Positions 14,330 to 28,235 of a stretch of DNA of 64,000 nt are shown here, in pieces. The DNA comes from Isurus oxyrinchus (taxonomy: Eukaryota): positions 13,888,001-13,952,000 of the forward strand of contig JANJGN010000038.1 of NCBI GenBank assembly GCA_026770705.1. The letters run 5' to 3'. Below the pieces are notes generated by a model, which was not told the origin of the DNA, searched no databases, and worked only from the letters and a program-made list of their open reading frames with translations. How positions within the stretch are numbered: position 1 is the first letter of the stretch; each line of letters begins with the position of its first letter. A program made the translations under genes and the position numbers.

Positions 14330-16450
14330 CCTACCACCGTGCTCTTTGGGATTGATTTCCAACACATCTTGAAACTTCAAACTGGGCGTCATGAGGCAAT
14401 GTGGACCATCAGCAGCAGTGGAATTCTATTCAACAGCAATGTATAATCTCGAGGCCCTGCAAATAGCCCACTGCACCACTACCGTCAAATCAGTGGATCC
14501 ACTCTGGTTTAATGAAGAGTGGAGGAGGGCATGAGTTGGGCAGAATCAGGCAGGCCTAATGTAGAGGTGTCAACATGGCGAAGGGAGAACACAAGATACT
14601 TGATTGCCAAAGAGCAGAAACAGCATGCAAGCGAGAGAGGTAAGGGATCCCACAACCAACGTATCATATTGAAGGTCTGCAGTCCAGCCACATCCAGTCA
14701 TAAAAGTGCTTAGATAAGTCAACAACTAACAAGACGATGAGAATTCATGAATATCCTCATCACCAATAATCGGTGGGCCCAAATCATAAGTGCAAAATAC
14801 AATGCTGAATAATTTGCAAACATATTCAGCTAGAAATGCCCAGTGGATGCCCAATTTCCCTGCTCTTGAGCTCAGCATCATCAGAAGAGCCAGTTTTCAG
14901 CCAAATGGATTCACGCTACTTCGTGAAGAATCTGCAGAAGGCGCTCGAAAATGCAAAAGGTTTCGGGCCCTGACAACATTCCAACAATCGTGCTGAAATC
15001 TTTTCCTGTTTAATAAGCTGTACCCTTAGCCAAGCTGTTCCAGTGTATTTGGAACAGTGACATTTACCTTGCAAAGTAGAACATTGCCCTATTTTAGAGT
15101 GTGCACAAAAAGAAGGGACAAAACCAACACAGCCAGTTTTACCACGCCATCAGTTTACTCTTGGTTATCAACAATTTTATGGGAGGTGCTTTCAACAGTG
15201 TAATACAGAGGTGCTCGCTGACGCTCAGTTTGGGGTACATCATCGCTACTCAGCTCTGAACGCCATTACAGTCTTGATCCAAATATGAACCAGAATTGAA
15301 CTCAAGAGGTGAGAATGACTGCTGTGACGTCAGGGCATCATTTGACAGGGTGTGCCATTAAGGAGCCTAAAATAACTGTCGTCAATGGGAAAATGGTGAG
15401 AGTCATACTTAGCAAAAAAGATCATTGTCATTTCTCAAGGTCAGTCATCTTGGTCCTAGGATATTCCTGCAGGAGTTCCACGGGGTAGTGTCCTCGGACC
15501 AAAAATCTTCCCATGGTTCATCAATGACCTTCCTTCCATCATAAGGTCAGAAGTGGGGATGTTAGTGATGATTGTACAACGTTCAACATGAATATCCGCA
15601 CCATAGATACTGGAGCAGCTCCTGGCTTTGGGCAGCAAGAATAGGACAAAATCTACACTTGGGCTGATAAGTTGAAACTAACATTCGTTCGATACCATTA
15701 TCAGGCAATGGTCATCTCCAGCATGAAAGAATCTAATCATTTCCATCTGACAATCAATGACATGACTATCACTGATTCCCCCCAATATCAACATTGTGGG
15801 GATTACTATTGGACAGAACCTGAACTGTACTTCCAGGTGAATAATGTGGCGAAAAGAGCAGTTCACAGACTAGGAACTCTGCAGTGAAAAGCTCACCTCA
15901 TTACCCCCGAAGAACTGTCCACGATCTATAAAGCACAAGGCAGGAGTGTGATGTAATATTGTCCACTTGCCCAGATAGATGCAGCTCCAACAGCACTCAG
16001 GAAACGCAGCAATATCCAGGAAATGGTGCCCCCTTCAATGGCACCTTATCCACCGCCTTAAACATTAAGGCCCTCAGTCAGAGACAGATAGTGACCACAG
16101 TATGTACCACACAAAATGAACTTCAGCAACTCACAAAGCCTCCATCGACAGCACGATGCAATCACGTGACCTCTACCACGTTGAAGGACAAAGGTTGTAG
16201 ATGAAATGGAACACCACCGACTGCAAGTTCCCCTCCAAACCACACGCCACCCTGACTTGGAAATATGTTGCCGTGCTATCAATGGTGCTGGCCCAAAGCC
16301 CTCTAACTGCCTTCCTGACATAAATGTTTTTACACGTAAACCATGTGGGCAACAGCATTTCATTAAGGCAGCGCATCACCACCTTTCAAGGGCAATTAGG
16401 GATGGTCAATAATAACTGGTGTAACCAGAGGCACCACTTGCCATTAATAA
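14330..16450 (+). mobile_element. Non-LTR retrotransposon fragment, same family as 10300-11625
   Basis: Shared blocks (TCATCAATGACCTTCCTT.CATCATAAGGTCAGA), GVPRGSVLGP motif and the same 3' tail. Confidence 0.78.
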
Positions 16451-17414
16451 ATCAATAATTCCCAGCTGCTCCAAGTTCGGGACTTAGCTCTTGTTCCTTG
16501 TTGCACAACCGCCTATTCATCTCAAGCCGTGTTCCCACAGAATGCTGTTAAAAAATCTAAATGTATTGAATTACAAACCTCACTTTAGTAAATTGCTGAC
16601 TGTTAATTCAACAAAATAATTATCAGAACATAGCTGCTAAGAATACTCAATCAATAAGAATATATGTGGACTGTGTTTAAGCATCTGAAATGCTGCAGAA
16701 TAATTGGACATAATAAATTTTCAGGATTATTTCCCAAGTTCTCTTTATCCACCCAAGCCTATGTTGCTCTACTCAATTAAGTAGCTGCAATAATAAATGG
16801 GGGTTAATAAGCTCATTGTTCCATTGAATTGCATCTTTCGTTATTTCTATTTTTGATGTGTTAGAATTAATTATATTTGCGGGTGAGTTTCATTAACCTA
16901 ATAAGTGGTGCAAACGGAAACTTGAACAAAGTGCATAAGCAAAACACTCGTTAGAAATAAAGGCGGGACACGCAGATTTTTTTAAGAAAAACAACGGTGA
17001 ATTTTAGAATCACACAGCTTATTTTATTATATTCCAAACCTTTGCATATACAGAGTATAAAATAGTGACTAAATAATAACATCATAGCAACAATTTAAAC
17101 AAAGATGAATATTAAATGTATTGTTGAGAACATGCAATCTCCACATGACTAGCAATGGGCATAAGTTCCCAATGTTTCTAACATTTCATTTAGACAAATC
17201 ACTGCAAAGATTGCCATTACAGATAAAGTCAACAAGGGATCTTGAGCCAATGCAGAACAACGAGGTAAAGGTGCACATCAGCCATGATCTAAATGAATGC
17301 AAAAAAACCATATCCGTATATATTTTAATTGTCACTCAACTTACGTCTTAATTGTTGAGAACATCAAATATCAGTGTTTGTATCTGAAATTGTATAATGG
17401 AGAGAATTCACCTT

Positions 17415-18875
17415 CTAAATTTGGGCAACGATGTTTCATGGAAAGGGCTGTGGAATTGCAAGCTTTACACCCATGTTCAAAAAAGGTTGTAAGAATAAGC
17501 CCACAAATTACAGACCAGTCAGCCTAACTTCAGTGGTGGGCAAGATTCTAGAGAAAAAATTATTACGGATAGAATTAGCAGTCACATGCAAAAATAATGA
17601 TTCATAAGTAAGAGCCAGCATGGATTTCTCAGGGGGAAATCGTGTTTAAAGAACTTGCTGGAGTTATTTGAAGAGGCAACAGAAAAGGTCAATGAGGGTA
17701 ATGCTGTTGATGTGGTGTACATGGACTTTCAAAAGGCATTTGATACAGTGCCAAACAACAGATCTGTGAGAAATGTTATTGCTAATGGAATAAAAGGGAC
17801 AGTAACAACTTTGATCCAAAATTATGTGAAAAAAATAGGAGGCAGAGACTAATGGTCAATGGATATTTTGGTGGCTGGAGGGAGGTTTGCAGTGGACTTC
17901 CCCAGGGGTCGGCATTGGTACGTTTGCTTGTCCTGTCATATATTAGCGATCTAAATCTTGGTGTGCAGGGGAGAATTTGAACGCTTGCGGATGATACTCA
18001 GCTTCGGAGTGTTGCAAACAGCGAGGGGGACAGTGCAGAACTTCAAGAGGAGATAGTCAAGTTGATGAACTGCGGAGGTAGGTGATGAAATTTAACACAG
18101 AAAAGTGTGAAATGTATTTTATAGGATGAACATTTAAAGGCAGTATAAAATAAGGGATAAATTTTAAAGAGGGTGCAGGAGCAGAAAGACCTGGGGTGTA
18201 TATGTGCATAGATAGTTGAATGTGGCAGGACAGGTGGAGAGAGCAGTTAATAAAGCAGATCGTACACTGGGCTTTGTTAATAGGGGCATAATGTGCAAGA
18301 GCACGGAGGTTAGCTGATTTTGTATACGGCACTCACTAGGCCTCAGCTGGTGTATTGTGTACAGTTCTGGGCGATAAATTATAGGAAGGGTGTGAACTCA
18401 TTGGAGACAGAGCAGAGGAGTTTTAAAAGAATTGATGAGAATCTTCAGCTATATGGATAGATTAAAGAGGTTGGGACCGTTTTCCTTGGAGAGATGAAGG
18501 CTAAGAGGGGATTTGATAGAGATGTTCAAAATCACAACGAAACTGAATAGATTAGGTAAAGAGTAGCCGTTAAAGGATAAAGAACGAGAGGACACAGACT
18601 TAAAGTGATTTGCAAACGAAGCAAATGTGACGTGAGAGAAAACGCTTTCACAAAACAATGGTTTGGGTCTGGAAGTTGCTGCCTGGGAGTATTGTGGAGG
18701 CAGGTTCAGTGGAGGTTCAAGAGAGCATCGGATATTTATTTGAATAGAAACAATAGGCAGGGGTACAGGGAAGAGGCAGGACAATGACACTAGTTCGTTA
18801 TGCTCATTTGGGGATCCGGTGCAGGCACGATGGGCCGAATGGCCTCCTTCTGTGCCATTATGATTTTGTGATTCA
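17415..18875 (+). mobile_element. CR1-type LINE fragment (copy B of the element at 610-2070)
   Basis: ORF 17655-17852 reads ...VDVVYMDFQKAFDTVP; collinear with copy A. Confidence 0.88.
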
Positions 18876-21188
18876 GTGATATGGTTTCTCCCTTCTTGTG
18901 CCCTTAACGATTTCCTTCAAAAATGTTTAAAAAATTGGCCAGAAATAGATCTTCAGAGGAATTGATTTGGAGGCATCAGCGATCTCAGAGCAAGAAACTT
19001 CCAGAGGAATCCACAAACATGTGTTGAAACAAGGGTTTTGTTTTTAAAAATATTTTTCAGGAATCTGTGTAGCTAACAATCAGTCAGGTCTGCCTTTAGT
19101 TTCCATTGGGTCTCTACAAGGATGTAAGCCCGTGCGACTGTGCCTGAAAATAATGTCTCTGTTACTCGCATGGCGCTGGTAAGCAAAGATGCAATGTTGT
19201 GCTCCTCTGGGAGCTGTATGTGAGATATGCACAAAACGTTTTGAAAATTTCCTCAGTTACGCAACACTAATTAAATCATTTCCACATTCAGATATGGTCT
19301 ATTAACAATTCTGGAACATTTGCCAGTGGAGAAAGTCTTTCCTTAACAAAATGGGATTTTCAGTATAAGCCGTGACCAGATGAATGCTTAGTATTGCTGC
19401 ATATCTTCTTTCAACGATGTATTTTTGGTATTATTCACATACGTGTTTTCATTTCCTATAGGGAATGCTTTGATCTTCTGTAACAGCCGGCGAGCCTTAA
19501 CTCATCCTAGGACAAGGGCAGGTTCGACAAGCCTGGTGGGTTGTCTGCGAGCTCACGGACGTGGTAAGGGCGTTTTTCTTGTTAATTTCCAAATTCAAAT
19601 TGTCATGAAATATTCAACAAATGATTGAGACAGGAAACAAACATACTATTTCAAAAGAAGTACTAACACATAGCGGCACTCAATGTTTTCTTCTCAATTT
19701 ATTTTAATTGATTCTGTGGGATTTGCTGAACATACAGGGTTGTTGTAATGATGCACAATTCTATTTAGCTCTGCTGCTTAAGAAAGAAAGTGTTAATTTA
19801 TGAGCTAATAGAAGCAAATTAAGCAGAGTTGCCACGGATTGGCTGAGACTATTGTGCAACCACAAGGTGAAGTGGTGTAATGGAGCAGCTGCTAACGCTG
19901 ATAGACTCACACAATCCGGCCCCAAGGGATCTTCGTCAACAAGCTTTGAATATAAAGCTGAAGTGACCACTGGTCAAGCAGTTGCTATTTCACCTGCAGT
20001 GAAAAAAAGCATAGCATTAAAACTAGTGAGTACCGCAATGAGAAAAATGATGTGCAATTCAACTGACAAGTCCGGGGTATACAACAACAACAATACTATG
20101 GATAACTATCGTGAAAGATAAGGAGCTTTACGGGTTTGGGTCATTACCCCCCACAATCGACATTCAGGACCCCACGTGCAGATAATCTCATTTGCCGTGT
20201 GTCTTCTCGATCTTATAACTGAAAAGTGAATTATTTGTTACCTGATTTTAAATACTCCACAATAATTATATAACTTTTGGAAACAAATGTGACGAATCAA
20301 TGCTTGATCCCTAGCGCACCAAATGTACTCCATCTGCAGTTCCATTGATCTGAACATTGCATTCCAAATGAGATTTGAACGATGGTCTTTTAAAAAAAAA
20401 TGCTGCTTAATCAATATGTTTGGACCAGGGAAATGCCATCGCATCAGTATTTTGATCAGCCGGTACCTTTCCCTTAAATATTGACCTGGTCAACATTTTT
20501 TTGTTGTTCCTGTGTATCTGTTCAGAGCTTTCCCATTTCCACATTATTACCGTTGACTATCCCTACGCATCTAAATCAGGTCCTCACATAGTTTATACGT
20601 GCACACAAATTGTCATTCATTTACCCGCAAGCTAAATTAAACTGCTTTTTATTGTAATGCCATTTTCTGTTCAAAGTCTAATGCACCCTCTCGGTTAGTA
20701 TTGTCAGTGATTGTATATATACTCTCCTCTGTTCCTTCGAATTCCAGTGAATTGCTTTGCAGTATAATCTCACAAGGTGAGTAAGTATATGCATTCCCAT
20801 TTTAATATCATGGATCATGACGTAAGGTTTAGAAAATACGTTGATGTTACATGAACAATATTGTAGCTGAATGGTTAAACCTACTGAAGTTTTGGGAGGA
20901 GAGAAGTACAGTTGGTTGAAGTATAGAATGTGATCGACAGCATTGTCAGAGAGGATGGGAATGCTGAAAACAACATTGTTGTTAGTTTCTGTTTGTAATC
21001 ACTACCTAATAAGCGAATGTTCGCAATCTACATTGTAAATGTGCATTTATGAATTTACAACGCCGTGGGGGAAATAAGGACTGAGGAAATGACTTTGGAA
21101 TGTGAACTGAATAATATCCTTGCTCTAATAATCCTTTGCTTTCTACATGTGAAAGCATTAGTTGCTCCCGATGCTCCCTGTGGAATGC

Positions 21189-21348
21189 NNNNNNNNNNNN
21201 NNNNNNNNNNNNNNNNNNNNNNNNNNNNNNNNNNNNNNNNNNNNNNNNNNNNNNNNNNNNNNNNNNNNNNNNNNNNNNNNNNNNNNNNNNNNNNNNNNNN
21301 NNNNNNNNNNNNNNNNNNNNNNNNNNNNNNNNNNNNNNNNNNNNNNNN
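21189..21348. other. Assembly gap (160 N) at the position paralogous to the (GT)n repeat of copy A
   Basis: Run of N; both flanks align to the flanks of ~4360-4430. Confidence 0.95.
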
Positions 21349-24300
21349 CTAAATACATACAGATATAAACAGATAGATGGCTGGGAGATGGTTAGTTGGA
21401 AAGAGATGGAAAGCTAGAAAGATGAGTGAAACATATCAAGTGTGAGAGAGAAACTTAAAAATGTTCACACTTGAAGGTGTAAGTTTTCAGATTTTGATGT
21501 TTATCAACTTGTTTAATTTCAGACATATCCATTGTCTCCAACTCTACCAAAATGTCGCTCTCCTACTGGATTATACAGAGGGGTATAAAACCACGTGCAA
21601 TCTATGGAATAAGTCTTTATTCAAAATGATAGATAAATAAGCAGATAGACAGTTGGAAAATCATTATAGATAAGTGAGAGAAATATTGAGTAAAAAAGGA
21701 AAAACCGAATTTATGGAGCGCTATTACTACCTCAGAACGTCCAGCACGCTTTCTGGCCAGTGAAATCCTCCTGAGCTGTAATCAGTTTTGTAATGTATGG
21801 AACGTGGCAGTCCATTTCCACACAGTAATCTACCAGAAAGCTCAATGTGATAATGACCTGATAATCTGCTTTCCATGATGTTTATTGAGTGATTTGTTTA
21901 CCAGAGCACTGGGGAGAACTTCCTTGCCCTTCTTCGAAATAATGTCATAGGATCGTTTGCTTCTGACTGAGTAAGCAAACGGGACTTCGGTTCACAGTTC
22001 CACAGTAGAGAGCACCAAAATTTCCCGGATCAATATTCATAAATAAACATCATGTTTCCAACATGAATAAAATAATAAACATGAGTAAGGTACAATGGAA
22101 CTCAAACAACTCGTGCACATTAACCGAGGAGCAGCTGGAGTTACTGCGGGCCTCAGAATCTCCTGAAGTGCATTAATTACAGGAGGTTGTCATCCTGCCG
22201 ATCCAGTGTTCAGGATGTTTGTAAATGGTTGGCCATCCGATAGGTTAAGGAAATGCTCACAGTGCAGGAATCCTCCAGGGTTATTACATATTCAAATCAG
22301 TTTGCAGGGCTTTGAGTAGAGCTGTCTAGTAATCATCCACGTGACTATGGGCGAGATTGAAACACGTCAGTGAATCACAAAGTGGAGGATTGCAGTTTGT
22401 TAGGAAACCTGATATTCCACAGAATTGGCCGGCGTTTCAGCCACCACCAACATGAGTTACACTTTACCTCAATTGTGCCAAAGTCAGTAACATCATTGAG
22501 TGGATGAAGAAGATTTTGAGAAGGAAAGGAAAATGACCAAATATCACTGTCCATGTTTCAACCAATGATACAGGTAGGGAAAGGATTGAGGTAGACCGAA
22601 ATAGTTTCAGCACCTAGCGCACAACCTTCATGTTGGCAATCCCCCGATTATCCCCAGTGCTACAGAACAGTTAGTGCAAGAGCAGCAACATAAATCAGGT
22701 TAATGTACGAGTGGCGAAACTGTTCAGAAGATGCTTCAAAATATGGGGCCAGTGGGGCCATTTGAGGGGTTGCTGGGACCTGAACAAGGTGGACACCTTG
22801 CACACAATGAGGACTGGAATCAATGCCGTCGCAGAAATAATAACCAAATCGTGGCGGAGGGTTTAAATGAGAATGGCAGAGGTGGTCCATTCCCCACCAG
22901 CAGATGAAGAATTAGAGGGCAGAGAAAAGTTGCAGAGAGCGTAAATACACAAACTGGATTTGATTGAAGTACAGCTCCGAGTTAGAAGGGTTAATAAAAG
23001 AAGAATTGCAAAACAATCCACGATCACGTTGTGTCCATGTGTGTTAATTCCCGGTAAATTTTAATTAACATCATTGGGCTGCAGGCACGAGAGGCCATAT
23101 AGTATTATGTTGTAACGGCAATAGCAGAGAACTAGGTGAGATGAAGGAAGAAATAACAATTTTGTGATCATGTCGACAATGCTTTGAGGTAAGATGAGGA
23201 AGGGAAAAAGGAGGGAGGGTGGTACTTTTATCAAATATATTTTTTAAGTACGAGAAAGTGTTGGTGCACTTGAGAGTTCAAACACGGAATTTGTTTCAGT
23301 AGAACTGATGAATAGCAGAAAAGACTATTAGGTGCTAGGTGTATACTATGGACCACAACATAGTGGGGAGGAAATGAAGGAGCAAAACTACAGGAACATC
23401 ACAGAAATTTGCGAGGCATTCAGCGTATTGGCGATAGGGGGCATCATTTATTATATGAGGCTGAATGAAACAGTATCAAACAAAAAGACATGGAGGAACT
23501 CCTGCAATGTAGAGAAGATAGTTCTCGTGGTCACTGTGTTTTACCTCCCAGCAAGGAAGGAAGCGGTGGCGAATCTAGTTCTAAGGAATTAAATGAATCA
23601 TGTAGCAGACGGAGATAATATGGGAAACGACTGATAATATTATTATGTTTAAAGTACATATGGATTCGTAGGACTAATCATTTGTGAAAATATTCAACGG
23701 AGGTGGCGTTAATTTCGTTGAATGGAAAGGTGACGTGCTCCAAATGGATTGAAATGAAAGACTGAAAGCAAAACACTAAATTAACAAAAGGAGGCTCTCT
23801 GAGTGATGAAAGTTTATTTTCATAAAGCAGACAAAGGGAGTGATAAGAGATCATGTAAAAGTGGCAAAGAGCATTTCGCAATAGATTATCTGGTAACAGA
23901 GAGGTGAGTCTAAACCTCTGTTCTAAACTTGTAAAGAGAAAACGTGTAGCCAAAGTAAGAGTGATCCGATTAGAAAGTGAAAGGTAACTCTGTTCTGGAG
24001 GCAGAGGGAGCGACTTTGGGACTAAGTTAATACTTTGCATATGTCTTCAGGGAAGAAGATAACGCTGCAAATGTTACAATCAGGAGGTGACACTGGAAAG
24101 ACAAAACAGAGAGGAGAAACACAGATGCAGGGGAAGAAGATAATGTTCTGCCAGTGCGCAAAGTGAAAAATTCACCCAGCTGGATGGGATACATCCGAAA
24201 CGGATTAGTGAAGTAGGATTACAATTACAGATAGTCTGGACACAACGTTCCAGTTCTGCTTTGATATGGGTCTAGTTACAGGGGAATGGGAGCTTATCAA

Positions 24301-25967
24301 TGACACGCCCTGTCCAAAAATAGGATAACATTATGCAGTTGACCTACACGTCAGCTCCCCTCGCGCCAGAGGTGGGGAATATTCCACCAACTATGGATCG
24401 GTATTGCCTCCAGTTCTGACCACTACCCTGCAGGATGTAAAGGCTTAGTGACAACAGCAATGAGAATTACTGGAATGGCATCAGGAATAAAAATGTCAGT
24501 TATGTATTGGCACTGGAAAACCTGGTATATTGAGATATAAACTATTATGAGTAGATTTTAGTAAATAATGGAAAGAGCTTCCAGTGTTAGAATAGTCAGC
24601 TAATTATCTCTGCAAGGGAGTCCTCTGAATTGGGATGTAGATTTTTTGTGATGCTTGTCAGTGGTTTGTGAAGACGGAATAGAGAGCCATACATCTCAGT
24701 TAGCTGACAATGCTAACTTAAGCAGCACAACAAAGAGCAGAAAGTCACAAACGGTCTTCCTAATATTAAATCAATGGGGGATTGGGGTAGGCTCTGCACA
24801 ATGATAGGTAAATTTCCCTGTGGAAACCTGAGATCATCTAGTCTGAAACAAAGGAAGATATACGATTGCTTTTTTCTAACAATGAGACGATTAAAACTAT
24901 AGAACATCTGGAATAATTAGCTTTACAACTACAGAAATGCTTAAAGTTAGTGGGAAAGAAATACAAATAAGTAAAGAAGCAAATGGACAGTTTGCTTTAA
25001 TCCCAGGCGTGGGGCAGGTGGAATACAAAGCAGTAGACCTATTTTCTCTGTTGTACAAAGCTTTCGTTACTGTGTTCGGTTCTGGGAAGCCCACATCAGG
25101 AAGTGCGTGCAGGGATGGAACAGGGATTCACCAGAAAGACACCGGTTATAAAACGGTTAAAATTATGCTAACATGATCTTCACATTTGGATTGTGTTGCC
25201 TTGAATATTACAGGATGAACTACTTTAGTTGCTTAAATAATTACTTGGTATGGCTGTTAATATAGTAATAATTTAAAAACAAAAATCTACCATATGCCAA
25301 CAACATGAAAAAAAAAACTTAAAAGTAGATTTGGCTACTTCAGGGACAAATCGAGGGAGCACTTCTTTACACATTGGCTGGACACAATCTAAGACTTTCC
25401 CCACAGCCTAAAAGGAAATTAAAATGTCGAGGTTGGATTCCAATTTAACTGCGTTTGACAGAGCTTTGTTAGTTAGGCATATTAATAAACATGACGGCAA
25501 GGTATGCTTAATTCGCTAAAACACAGATCAGCCACTATCTGAATGAATGAAGGAGGATGGTGAGCGCCACAAACTTCCCTTTGTCTTCTTCTTGACATAA
25601 TCTTTCCTCTTCGGTTTAATCCTAACCTTAACTGTTGTCATTTGCTAAAATTGAAGCCCAGATCTATAGTTCATTTTTCTATGATTGTGGATTTTTGTGC
25701 CAACCAACCTTAGTATTGTATTATTTGCTTATCGATTGAAAACCTAACATTTTCTTCATTCCTTCCGTAGTCAATTCCCTTCTCACCTGTTAACAATGTT
25801 CCTGTTTGGTAATCTTCCATAGTCAATGTTTGTTTTCATCTCTCCAACGGCCACATCACCTCCTATTCTTCCTTAGTGACTGCTTTCCTCATCTCTCCAC
25901 AGTGATCCATTTCCCATCATTTCATATGTTACACTATCCTAATCATTTCACAGTGATTCACCTCACA

Positions 25968-27663
25968 ACCATAAGACCATAAGACATAGGAGCAGAAATT
26001 AGGCCACTCGGCCTATTGAGTCTGCTCCGCCATTCAATCTTGGCTGATAAGTTTCTCAACCATTTCTCCCGCCTTCTCCCTGCAACCTTTGATCAGCTTA
26101 CCAATCAAGAACCTATCTATCTCGGTCTTAAATACACTGAATGACCTGGCCTCCACAACCTTCTGTGGCAATGAATTCCATAGATTCACCACTCTCTGGC
26201 TAAAGAAGTTTCTCCTCATCTCTGTTCTGACAGGTCTTCCCTTTACTCTGAGGCTGTGCCCTCGGGTCCTAGTCTCTCCTACTAATGGAAACATCCTCCG
26301 CACGTTCACTCTATCCAGGCCTTTCAGTATTCTGTAAGTTTCAATCAGATCCCCCCTCATCCTGCTGAACTCTATAGAGTATAGACCCAGAGACCTCTAA
26401 TATTCCGCATATGTTAAGCCTTTCATTCCTGGGATCATTTTTGTTAACCTCCTCTGGGCCCTCTCCAGGGCCAGCACATCCTTCTTGAGATACAGCGCCA
26501 AAAATTGCTCAAAATGTTCTAAATGTGGTCTGACCAGAGCGTTATGAAGCCTCAGCAGCACATCCTTGCTTTTATATTCTAGTCCTCTCAAAATAAATGC
26601 CAACATTGCAATTGCCTTATTAACTACGCACTCAACCGGCAAGTTAACCTTAAGAAAATCCCTTTGCACTCCAGATTTCTGAATTCTCTCCCCATTTAGA
26701 AAATAGTCTATGCCTCTATTCTTCCTACCAAAGTGCATGACCTCGCGCTTCCCCACGTTGTATTCTATCTGCCACTTCTTTGCCATTCTCCTAACCTGTC
26801 CAAATCCTTCTGCAGCCTCCCCGCCTCCTCAATACTACCTGTCCCTCCATCTATCTTTGTATTATCTGGAAACCTAGCCAGGATGCCCTCAGTTCCTTCA
26901 TCGAGTTCATTAATGTATAAAGTGAAAAGTTGTGGTCACAACACTGACCCCTGTGGAACTCCACTAGTCACCGGCCATCATCCTGAGAAGGATCCCCTTA
27001 TCCCCACTCTCTGCCTCCTGCCAGACAGCCATCTTCTATCCATGCTAGTAGCTTGCCTCTAACAGCATGGGCTTTTATCTTACTGAGCAGCCTCCTGTGC
27101 GGCACCTTGTCAAAGGCCTTCTGGAAGTCCAAGTAGATAACATCCATTGGCTCTCCTTTGTCTAACCTACTCGTTACAACCTCAAAGAATTCTAACAGAT
27201 TTGTCAGGCATGACCTCCCCTTGATGAAACCATACTGACTTTGCCCTTTTACCATGCACTTCCAAGTATTCTGAAATCTCAACCTTTATATTGGGCTCTA
27301 AAATCTTACCAATGACCGAGGTCAGGCTAATCGGCCTGTAATCTCCCATCTTTCGCGTCATTCCCTTCTTAAACAGAGGGCTTACATTTGCAATTTTCCA
27401 GTCCTCTGGGACCCTCCCTGACTCGAGTGGTTCCTGAAAGATCACGAACAACCGCCTCCACTGTCTCTTCAGCTATTTCCTTCAGAATTCTTTTGTGTAA
27501 TCCATCTGGTCCAGGACATTTATCCATCTTCAGAACTTTCAGTTTTCCAAGCACCTTCTCCTTGGTAATGGCAACATACTCACCTCTGCCCCCCCCCCCC
27601 ACCCCCCCCACCCTCCGACTCTCTTGAACTTTGGGGAGGTTACTCGTGTCTTCCACCGTGAAG
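25968..27663 (-). mobile_element. Young 5'-truncated CR1 LINE inserted after the duplication
   Basis: Near-continuous RT ORFs (YRPISLTS, YLDFQKAFDKVPH, MRGDLIETY) and a short-repeat 3' tail (ACCATAAG)x2. Absent at the paralogous site (~9110). Confidence 0.93.
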
Positions 27664-28235
27664 ACATCATTGTGAGCTAGAGCTTTCCTCAACCCCACTG
27701 TATCCCACCTCCCAGCAATCATAATAAGTGATTTTCTCATCTATTCACATTGATCCATCAACCATCAATTTGCAATCAATACTTTCTTCAACTCTTTACA
27801 GTGATCCAGGTTTACATGCAAATGCTTTGCTTGTGCTTTCCCCTTTCTCTCAGACAAAACTTCGCATGACTTCAGAAACCTCATGCTCAATACACGAGAT
27901 TTGTCATCACATCACCAATTGTTTCTGATCATTAGCTTAAAGATCCAGAATCTAGAAACAATGCACCTTTTTTCATTATTAACATATTCCGCTCCTTAAT
28001 GTGGCAATAATATTACTATGCATTAGGTCTTCTCCTCAATCTTCTGAATAGGGAGGCTTATAAAATATGTAGATGGAAATTAGTAATGAAACTCAACCTG
28101 ACACTGTGGGAAAGGTTGAAATTATGCAAATATTGAAATCTTTAGTTCATCTGTATCTTTGCTATATCTCAGTAAGAAGCTCAACTGCTGAATAAATTTA
28201 CACATTTTCTCAATACTACTGTGAGCCATCTTTAC

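Noticed and set aside
28102-28108. Perfect CACAGTG heptamer (minus strand) near the TM exon
   Set aside because: Not conserved in the paralog (CACAGCG) and no clear nonamer; it coincides with a possible splice acceptor.
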